The notes beneath the pieces are model-generated. The model was not told the DNA's origin. It searched no databases and saw nothing but the letters and a program-made list of their open reading frames with translations. Position numbers and translations under genes: made by a program. DNA of 63,959 nt, filler included, from Chthonomonadaceae bacterium (GTDB lineage: Bacteria; Armatimonadota; Chthonomonadetes; Chthonomonadales; Chthonomonadaceae): assembly GCA_035650735.1 (NCBI GenBank). It is 7 parts of 7 records of this genome, joined end to end, with 100 filler letters (N's around TTAATTAATTAA, not from the genome) between each part and the next. Parts side by side here need not be neighbours in the genome. Positions count along the whole stretch, not along the records: positions 55,692 to 61,306 come from DASRGZ010000029.1; positions 61,407 to 63,959 come from DASRGZ010000051.1; 5 more parts are not named here. One strand, written 5' to 3'. Position 1 is the first letter of the stretch, and each line of letters starts with the position of its first letter. Positions 57,059-63,959 of this stretch are shown piece after piece.

Positions 57059-58054
57059 TTACGCAACGGCTTGCTGAATAGCGCGGCGCAGGATGGCCTT
57101 GGTCAGCGGAATTTTATAACCGTTCTGGGCCAGCGCCAGTGCGCCGTCCAGCGCGGCCTCGGCGACCGCTTCCAACGTCTGGGCGTTGACGGGCTTGCCT
57201 TTGAGCGCGGCTTCAGCCTTGGGAACCCGCCAGGGGATCGGCGCGACCCCGCCCAGCACGATCCGCGCCTCCTTGACGGTATCGCCCGCCGTCGTCAGCG
57301 CGACCGCCGCCGCCGACATCGCCCAATCCATCGAGCTCTTCTCGCGGAACTTCAGGTAGACGCTGCGCGCCGCCAGCGGCGAATTGGGAACCAGGATGCT
57401 CGTCACAATCTCATCCGGTTTTAATACGTTTTCACGGCGCACGTTTACGCTAGGTAAGATAAAAAACTTTTCCAGCGGGATCGTACGCGTGCCCTTCGGC
57501 CCGGTGATGGTGACGCTGGCGTTGAGCGCGACCAGCGCCGTCGCCGTATCGGACGGATGGACGATCCAGGACGGCCCGCCGCCGAGGATGGCGTTGTATT
57601 TGTTCTCGCCGGTCGCGGCGTAACAGCGGTCCCCGCCCTTTTTGATGCAGACGATATGCTCGTTCCGGTAATACCAGCAGCGCGGGCGCTGGCAGAGGTT
57701 GCCGCCCATGGTGCCCATGTGCCGGATCTGGGGCGAGGCCACGCTGCCCGCCGCCATCGCCAGCGCCGGGAAGTTCTTCTGCACGTCCGCGTTGTCGGCC
57801 ACATCGGCTACCCGGACCAGCGCGCCGATGGTCAGCCCCTTCTGCGGGTCATAGGCGAGCGTATCCAGGCCGGGAATGTGCTTGAGATTGACTACAACCT
57901 CCGGCTCGACGATGTGATCCTTCATCTCGGTGAGCAGATCCTGCCCGCCCGCCAGGATGCGAACGCGCCGGTTGTTCGCATCCGTCGGATCGAGAAGCGC
58001 GATGGCCTGCTGGAGGCTGGTCGGATTATGTAGGTCAAACGAGTTCATGCTCAT
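57059..58054 (-). CDS. Xanthine dehydrogenase-family FAD subunit (YagS/PaoB-like)
   Basis: LAGGQDL, ASPQIR..GT.GGNLCQRPRCWYYR, HPSD, GGVAPIPWR, NGYKI. Confidence 0.92.
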   Translation of the reverse strand: MSMNSFDLHNPTSLQQAIALLDPTDANNRRVRILAGGQDLLTEMKDHIVEPEVVVNLKHIPGLDTLAYDPQKGLTIGALVRVADVADNADVQKNFPALAMAAGSVASPQIRHMGTMGGNLCQRPRCWYYRNEHIVCIKKGGDRCYAATGENKYNAILGGGPSWIVHPSDTATALVALNASVTITGPKGTRTIPLEKFFILPSVNVRRENVLKPDEIVTSILVPNSPLAARSVYLKFREKSSMDWAMSAAAVALTTAGDTVKEARIVLGGVAPIPWRVPKAEAALKGKPVNAQTLEAVAEAALDGALALAQNGYKIPLTKAILRRAIQQAVA

Positions 58055-58071
58055 CGGGTGTGTCTCCTTAA

Positions 58072-60333
58072 TCAGCCTTTCCGCAGCTTGGCCAGGCCGT
58101 CCAGGATCTTATCCGGCGTGATGGGAAGCGAGGTGACGCGCACGCCGCAGGCGTTGTAGACGGCGTTGGCAATGGCGCCTGCTGCCGGAATGGTGGCCGG
58201 CTCGGCCATGCCGATGACCACGTTGCGCTCATCCCCGTCGTCAATGATGGGGATCATCTCCGGCATCTCCATGCAGCCGGGCAGCTTGTACTCGTCCAGG
58301 GTGGTATTGAGCATATTGCCCGTGAAGGGGTCGGCCACCGTCTTTTCGTAGAGCGCGTAGCCGAGGCCCTGGATCATGCCGCCGTTTATCTGGCTCTCCG
58401 TGGCCGTGCGGTTGACGCAGAGGCCGCAGTCCTGCACGCAGACCATCTTAAGCACGCGCACCTGCCCCGTCTCGGTATCCACCTCCACCTCGGCAAAGTG
58501 GACGCCATGCACGCCGTTGCCCGACAGGCCCGGCTTCCACTCGCCGCGCGCCGACAGGCCCGCCATGCCCAGCGCCGCGCACGCCTGCTTCCAGGTCAGC
58601 GCCTTGTCCGGGGCGTTAGCGGCATAGACCTTGCCGTCATGGAAGATCAGGTCTTCGGGCTTGGCATTGAGCATCGGGGCGAGCTTGGCGGCAAACTGGG
58701 TGCGGGCGTTGTAGGCCGCGTCCTTGACCGCCGGAGTCAGCGAGGCCGTCGTCGTGCTGCCGCCGGAGGGGTTGGCGCTGCCGTAGGTGCTGTGGCCGAT
58801 GCGCGTCTCTATGGCCTCCACCGGCAGGCCGAACTCATCGGCGACGACCGCCGCCGTGATGGTACGCGAACCGGTGCCCAGGTCCTGCGTGCCCACCTGC
58901 GCCACGACGCCGCCGTCCGGGGTGATGAAGACATCTACCTGGCAGGAAGGCCCGCCGCCGCCGCCCCAGGTCGCGCAGCCGCAGCCCATGCCGCGCTTGA
59001 GCGCGTTGTTGGGGCCGGAGCCGGGGCCGCCGCCGGGAGTCTTGTTGCGATTTTCCCAGCCGATGGCCTTCGCGCCCGCATCCAACTGGCGGTGATAGGC
59101 CGGATCGGAGACGTTCTTTTTGCGGAACTCGACCGGGTCCATGCCGATAGCGGCGGCCAGGTCGTCCATGATGGACTCGGTCGGGAAGCACGCCTGCGGG
59201 TGACCGGGGGCGCGGAAGGAGCGCGAGCCGTCCTGGTTGGTGTGCAGCGCGGCGACCTCCCGATAGACCTTCTCCGCGTGGTAGATGTAGGGAATGCCCG
59301 CCTGTGAGCCTTCCGCCAGCCCGCCCAGGCGATACTGCGTGGCGGAGACGGCGACCAGCTTGCCGTCTTTGGTCGCGCCTGCCTTGACCTTCTGCCAGGC
59401 GCCGCTGCGGTTGCCGGCCATCAGGAATTCGTCTACCCGGGTCAGCATCAGATGGACCGGCGCTTTGGCCTTCTTGCTCAGCTGGCAGGCCACCTCGCCC
59501 GGCAGGTCAATGCCAAACTTGCTGCCGAAGCCGCCGCCCATATATTCCACTACCGCCGTGACCGCCTGCTGGTTGGGCAGCCCCAGCGTCTGCGCGGCCT
59601 CGCCGGGAATGGTGAAGGTGCCCTGCGTGGAGGCGTAAACCGTGGCCGTCGGCCCGCCGTTATAGTCCACCACGATGCCGTGAGTCTCGAGGCAGGCGTG
59701 ATGCTGCATGGTGATCATGAACTCGCGCTCGACCACGGCGTCGCAGGTCTTGAGGGCGGCCTCCACCTCAGCCTTGTCGCCGCGCGTTTCGCCGGGGCGC
59801 AGGTTGCCCTTGAGGTCGGCCTCCTCGCGGCCGCTGAAGACGCGGGGCGCGTCCGGCTTGATGGCCTGTTGCGGCGTGACCACATGCGGCAGCTTTTTGT
59901 AGGTAACTTTGATGGCGCGGATGGCATCCTCGGCGATCTCGGGGGTGATAGCGGCCACCGCCGCGACCGGATCGCCCTCGTACTTGAGCTGCTTCTTATC
60001 CGCGTAGCTGATGACGGCCTTGACGCCGTTCATCCTCTCCGCCGGACTCGTGTCTATACTGACGATCTCGGCGCTGGCGTGCGGGGAGCGGAGAATGCGC
60101 CCGTAGAGCATGCCCGGCACGCGCACATCGTAGGTATACTTGGCCTGGCCGGTCACTTTGGCCGGGCCGTCCACGCGCCGGATCGGATGGTTGATGACCG
60201 TGTGGGCGTCTTTCGGTCCCCAGACCGGCCCGCTGGTATCGTCTACCTCGACCTCAACGAGCGTGGTCTCGCCGTTGATGACCTTGGGCACCTTGATCTT
60301 CTTCTTTTTCTTGGGCTGTTCTTGCAAGGCCAT
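58072..60333 (-). CDS. Xanthine dehydrogenase-family molybdopterin subunit (YagR/PaoC-like)
   Basis: DGPAKVTGQAKY, MGGGFGSK, FRAPGHPQ, QDLGTG, AIANAVYNACGVR...LPITP. Confidence 0.93.
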   Translation of the reverse strand: MALQEQPKKKKKIKVPKVINGETTLVEVEVDDTSGPVWGPKDAHTVINHPIRRVDGPAKVTGQAKYTYDVRVPGMLYGRILRSPHASAEIVSIDTSPAERMNGVKAVISYADKKQLKYEGDPVAAVAAITPEIAEDAIRAIKVTYKKLPHVVTPQQAIKPDAPRVFSGREEADLKGNLRPGETRGDKAEVEAALKTCDAVVEREFMITMQHHACLETHGIVVDYNGGPTATVYASTQGTFTIPGEAAQTLGLPNQQAVTAVVEYMGGGFGSKFGIDLPGEVACQLSKKAKAPVHLMLTRVDEFLMAGNRSGAWQKVKAGATKDGKLVAVSATQYRLGGLAEGSQAGIPYIYHAEKVYREVAALHTNQDGSRSFRAPGHPQACFPTESIMDDLAAAIGMDPVEFRKKNVSDPAYHRQLDAGAKAIGWENRNKTPGGGPGSGPNNALKRGMGCGCATWGGGGGPSCQVDVFITPDGGVVAQVGTQDLGTGSRTITAAVVADEFGLPVEAIETRIGHSTYGSANPSGGSTTTASLTPAVKDAAYNARTQFAAKLAPMLNAKPEDLIFHDGKVYAANAPDKALTWKQACAALGMAGLSARGEWKPGLSGNGVHGVHFAEVEVDTETGQVRVLKMVCVQDCGLCVNRTATESQINGGMIQGLGYALYEKTVADPFTGNMLNTTLDEYKLPGCMEMPEMIPIIDDGDERNVVIGMAEPATIPAAGAIANAVYNACGVRVTSLPITPDKILDGLAKLRKG

Positions 60334-60336
60334 TGG

Positions 60337-61002
60337 TTATGCCCTCCCTTGCATCTTCTGCGCCGCCGCCAGGGCCGCCTCAAATACACGCGGATAGGTG
60401 CCGCAGCGGCAGACGTTGCCCGCGCAGGCGTGCTTGACGTCGTCGAGGGTCGGGTTCGGGTTGGACTGGAGCAGCGCGTGCACGGACATGACGAAGCCGG
60501 GCGTGCAGAAGCCGCACATCAGCGCGTCCTTCTCGACAAACGCCTCCTGAACGGGGTTGAGCTGGCCGTTCTGCGCCAGCCCCTCGACGGTGGTGATCTG
60601 TTTGCCGACCATATCCACGGCCAGCAGCATACAGCCGTAGGCGGTCTTGCCATCCACGAGCACGGTGCAGCCTCCGCAGGCGCCCTGGTCGCAGATGAGT
60701 TTGGGGCCGGTGATGGGCGGATCGGCATGGTTGCGGAGCGCGTTGAGGAGGGTGGTGCGCGGCTCGACCTGCATGTTCACCGCCTGCCCGTTGACGTTGA
60801 GGGTGATGGGGAGGAAGCCTTTCTTGAGCGTCTCCCCGGCAGGCGCTTCCTGAAGGGGCTTTGGCTCGGCCTCGGCAGTTTCGGGCGCGAGCAGATCGGC
60901 AGCCAGCGCCGATCCGGCGCCGACCAGCCCAACCCCCTTGAGGAACTGGCGGCGGCTCAGCCCGCCTCCATCGCGGGATAGTTCGTCTTTGTCATGAGGC
61001 AT
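60337..61002 (-). CDS. Xanthine dehydrogenase-family 2x[2Fe-2S] subunit with Tat signal (YagT/PaoA-like)
   Basis: SRRQFLKG; CDQGACGGC, CGFCTPG, CRC. Confidence 0.93.
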   Translation of the reverse strand: MPHDKDELSRDGGGLSRRQFLKGVGLVGAGSALAADLLAPETAEAEPKPLQEAPAGETLKKGFLPITLNVNGQAVNMQVEPRTTLLNALRNHADPPITGPKLICDQGACGGCTVLVDGKTAYGCMLLAVDMVGKQITTVEGLAQNGQLNPVQEAFVEKDALMCGFCTPGFVMSVHALLQSNPNPTLDDVKHACAGNVCRCGTYPRVFEAALAAAQKMQGRA

Positions 61003-61054
61003 GGGAAACTCCTCCTGAGTAGGCAGTAGAGTAGCTCTCTCCCGGCAGACTGAA

Positions 61055-61306
61055 CCCTGCCGCTGTGGGGCTCTGCTAGGGTCGGTTCCTCAACGGTTCG
61101 GAAACCTCCGCCTAGCGAGGCTCGTTGGCTGCTAGGGTCGGCGCTCAACGGTTCGCGCCACTGCCAGGGTCGGCAAGGTTACGGCCCTTGCCTCCGCCTT
61201 GCGACACCTTGCGACACGGCTCTGCCTAGCGACACCTACGCGGGCAAAACACCTTTTTCGCCCACGTAGGTGGGCGACGGGCGCTTTGCGCCCCCGAGCG
61301 GCAGGG
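61055..61306. repeat. REP-like module cluster with the hairpin mini-element (61160-61204, minus orientation)
   Basis: Same modules as 9686-10062, including the shared flank TGCCCGCGTAGGTGTCGC; the contig ends in the cluster. Confidence 0.8.
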
Positions 61307-61406
61307 NNNNNNNNNNNNNNNNNNNNNNNNNNNNNNNNNNNNNNNNNNNNTTAATTAATTAANNNNNNNNNNNNNNNNNNNNNNNNNNNNNNNNNNNNNN
61401 NNNNNN

Positions 61407-61544
61407 CGGGTGGAGGAACCAGCCGGCATGATACGATCCCGCGATCTGCAATGCGGTCAGCCCACTGTCGGCAGCCCATCCCATCACCCTCTCTACGCCC
61501 TCATCGGCCAGGTCCCAGGCGTACATCCACAAGCCAGCATACAT
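61407..61544 (-). CDS. Hypothetical protein N-terminus (truncated by the contig end)
   Basis: GGAGG-type RBS; MYAGLWMYAWDL...SYH, possibly a glycoside-hydrolase-like barrel. Confidence 0.55.
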
Positions 61545-61626
61545 ACCCCTTCCCTCCTATGGATGCTTCTCCGCCAAGTATAAGACTTCTCCGGCGGGAT
61601 GTCAATGGGAAATCCCGCCCAAACCG

Positions 61627-61655
61627 TTGGAAAGTCCGGTCCGTCGCGCTATAAT
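61627..61655 (+). promoter_or_regulatory. sigma70 promoter of marR, probably leaderless
   Basis: TTGGAA-17-TATAAT; ATG follows after a 7-nt gap, with no Shine-Dalgarno. Confidence 0.65.
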
Positions 61656-61662
61656 GTTAGCC

Positions 61663-62193
61663 ATGAATCAGCAGATACCTACTCATGGAAAGAGCGGTCA
61701 GAGCGACGTGCCGATCAGCAAGGCGGATTACGAGGTGCTTGCGGCCTTTCGCTATGCGCTTCGTCAATTTCTGCACGCAAGCGAGCAGCGGGCGCAGGCC
61801 GTCGGCCTGACCAATCAGCAGTTCCTGACTCTGCTGGCCATCAAAGGCTTTCCCGGACGGGATTACGTCACCATGGGAGAGTTAGCCGAACGCCTGCAGA
61901 TTCGCCATCATAGCGCGGTGGGCCTGGTGGATCGGCTGACGGCTCTGGGCGCGGTGGTGCGCCAGCCTGCCCCCGCCGACCGGCGGCAGGTCTATGTCAT
62001 GCTGACCCCGCGCGGCGAGGAGATGCTGGAGAAGCTGGTCCAGGCCAACCGACGACAATTGCGCCATATTGAGCCGCAGCTCAATCTGCTGCTCGAACTC
62101 CTTACGGCGGACGCCGACAGCCAGGTGCCAGCCGCAGAAGCCAAGCCTGTTTTTTGGGAACATACTCCTCCGCCTGCCCCGTCTGAAGGTTAG
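61663..62193 (+). CDS. MarR family transcriptional regulator
   Basis: LAAFRYALRQFL, GLTNQQ, ELAERLQIRHHSAVGLVDRL, DRRQV...LT.RG. Confidence 0.92.
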   Translation: MNQQIPTHGKSGQSDVPISKADYEVLAAFRYALRQFLHASEQRAQAVGLTNQQFLTLLAIKGFPGRDYVTMGELAERLQIRHHSAVGLVDRLTALGAVVRQPAPADRRQVYVMLTPRGEEMLEKLVQANRRQLRHIEPQLNLLLELLTADADSQVPAAEAKPVFWEHTPPPAPSEG

Positions 62194-62286
62194 CCTATCG
62201 CTGCACGATAGACATCCCAGGCACGCCTGGAATGTCTCAACGGCCCCCAGCGTTTTGATTCTCCGGTAGCAAAGGCGGAACCCTTC

Positions 62287-62934
62287 ATGGCGCGGGTTTT
62301 TCCTCCCTACACCAATACGCTTGCCAGAGCCGGTCTTTTTGGCGTTTTTGCCGGGCCGGTAGTCGCCTTTCTGGTGCTCACCGGCATTAACTGGTCGCCC
62401 TACGTGACCGAGGTGGGCGTTCCCCGCGACCAGCCGGTACCGTTCAGTCACCAGCATCACGTCGCCGGCCTCGGGCTCGACTGCCGTTACTGCCATACCA
62501 CCGTCGAGGACTCTTCCTTCGCCAATATCCCGCCCGTCCATACCTGCATGACCTGCCACTCCCAGATCTGGAAGGATGCTCCCGTCCTGGAGCCGATCCG
62601 GGAGAGCTACCGCACGGGCGTGCCCGTGCAATGGACGCGAGTCTACGATTTGCCGGATTTTGTCTATTTCAATCACTCTATCCATGTCAACAAGGGGATT
62701 GGCTGCGTTACCTGCCACGGCCCTATTGACCAGATGCCTATGACCCGGCGGGCCAATCCGCTCTGGATGTCCTGGTGCCTGAACTGCCACCGCCATCCGG
62801 AACAGTTCGTCCGGCCCCGTGAGGCGGTCTTCGATATGAACTGGCACCCCAAAGACCAGAGCGCGCTGGGCAAGAGGCTGGTCGCGGCCTATCACATTCG
62901 CCATCTGACGGACTGTTACACATGCCACCGCTAA
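62287..62934 (+). CDS. actA: Alternative complex III pentaheme cytochrome c subunit
   Basis: N-terminal TM; five CxxCH motifs; QPVPFSHQHH, LPDFVYFNHSIH. Confidence 0.92.
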   Translation: MARVFPPYTNTLARAGLFGVFAGPVVAFLVLTGINWSPYVTEVGVPRDQPVPFSHQHHVAGLGLDCRYCHTTVEDSSFANIPPVHTCMTCHSQIWKDAPVLEPIRESYRTGVPVQWTRVYDLPDFVYFNHSIHVNKGIGCVTCHGPIDQMPMTRRANPLWMSWCLNCHRHPEQFVRPREAVFDMNWHPKDQSALGKRLVAAYHIRHLTDCYTCHR

Positions 62935-63959
62935 CGCCCCTGGATCCAGACCAAGCGCCGCTGGATATCGCCGCAGTGCGCGCCCGCCTGGCCGCCGCCA
63001 AAGGCCAGCCCTACTGGCGCAGCCTGGAGGAGATCGCATCCTCCGATGCGTTCCAGGACTTTCTGCGCCGCGAGTTCCCGCGCCAGGCGGCAGCGATGAT
63101 GCCCGCCATGGATCGCCGCAGCTTCCTGACGCTGCTGGGCGCGTCGCTGGCGCTGGCCGGCCTCTCCGGCTGCACCGTCCGACAGCCGCCGGAAACAATC
63201 GTGCCCTACGTGGAGCCACCGGAGGGTATCACGCCGGGCAAGCCTCTCTTCTTTGCGACGGCGGTACCGCAGAGCGGCTACGCCGTCGGGGCACTGGTCA
63301 AAAGCCGCGAGGGACGCCCCATCAAGATCGAGGGCAATCCCGACCATCCCGCCAGCCTCGGCGCCACCGACGCGATCATGCAGGCGACGCTGCTGACCCT
63401 CTACGATCCCGACCGCTCGCAGGGCATCGTCTACCAGGGCCAGCCCGATACCTGGGATTCCTTCCTGGCCGTGATGACCGGGCAGCTAGGGGCAGAGCGC
63501 GCCGGCGGCGGCGCGGGCCTGCGAATCCTGACGGAAACGGTGACTTCGCCGACCCTGGTCGCCCAGCTGCGCGCCCTGCGCGCTCAATTCCCGGCGGCGA
63601 CGTTTCATCAGTACGACCCCATCGGGCGGGATAACGTCGTCATCGGGGCGCGAATGGCCTTCGGAACCGATGCGCACACGCTCTATCGGTTCGACAGGGC
63701 AGAGGTGATCGTCTCCCTGGATGGGGATTTCCTGCTCACCCTTCCCAACCACGTCCGCTACGCCCGCGATTTTGCGCAGGGACGGCGAGTACGCCAGGGC
63801 GCGACGCGCATGAACCGTCTGTACGTGGTGGAGAGCACGCCTACCATTACCGGCGCCATGGCCGACCACCGGGAGCCGGTGCGCGCCAGCGAGGTCGAAG
63901 GCTTTGCCAGGGCGCTGGCTTCACGGCTGGGCGTGGCCGGAGTGACCGGCACCGCCGCC
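62922..63959 (+). CDS. actB: Alternative complex III molybdopterin-oxidoreductase-like subunit, 3' truncated by the window
   Basis: Absent from the ORF track because it has no stop. ATG 62922 frame reads YWRSLEE...REFP...DRRSFL.LLGASLALAG..GC...EGRPIKIEGNPDHP...LYDPDRS. Confidence 0.92.
   Translation, partial: MPPLTPLDPDQAPLDIAAVRARLAAAKGQPYWRSLEEIASSDAFQDFLRREFPRQAAAMMPAMDRRSFLTLLGASLALAGLSGCTVRQPPETIVPYVEPPEGITPGKPLFFATAVPQSGYAVGALVKSREGRPIKIEGNPDHPASLGATDAIMQATLLTLYDPDRSQGIVYQGQPDTWDSFLAVMTGQLGAERAGGGAGLRILTETVTSPTLVAQLRALRAQFPAATFHQYDPIGRDNVVIGARMAFGTDAHTLYRFDRAEVIVSLDGDFLLTLPNHVRYARDFAQGRRVRQGATRMNRLYVVESTPTITGAMADHREPVRASEVEGFARALASRLGVAGVTGTAA

Overview
GC-rich bacterial draft-genome or MAG sequence made of seven contigs joined by artificial N44-TTAATTAATTAA-N44 linkers, so adjacency across linkers has no biological meaning. 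The gene content (DUF1559 pilin-like protein, DUF1501/DUF1553 cluster, CRTAC1, darA-tmk, alternative complex III) suggests Armatimonadota; this is an inference. Contig 1: a Planctomycete-type DUF1549/1553-DUF1501-cytochrome c/WD40-PPC operon. Contig 2: decayed integrase and IS pieces, a deacetylase-like/DegT/MFS operon interrupted by an inverted-repeat-flanked GxxExxY gene, and DUF1559, TPR and CRTAC1 genes. Contig 3: the right end of an integrated element ending in a tRNA-Arg(TCT) 3' fragment (att site), then a PAS kinase, two Gfo/Idh/MocA genes, DUF92, mpg, a stand-alone PolX N-terminal domain and a Ca2+/H+ antiporter. Contig 4: three Em/GsiB-type hydrophilins around an orphan CRISPR-like repeat pair, cheW-cheA-HDOD, trpG/pabA, Uma2, YhcG, darA, tmk, an AAA/R3H protein and parE. 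Contig 5: a frameshifted IS4, a candidate ~230-nt structured ncRNA, and arsR-sulP. Contig 6: a Tat-exported xanthine dehydrogenase-family operon. Contig 7: marR-actA-actB. The most unusual signals are non-coding. These are (a) an apparent GxxExxY-nuclease plus periodic inverted-repeat element family with empty nested copies, (b) a 45-bp hairpin mini-element inserted into other REP palindromes, (c) the ncRNA candidate upstream of arsR-sulP and (d) the orphan mini-array.
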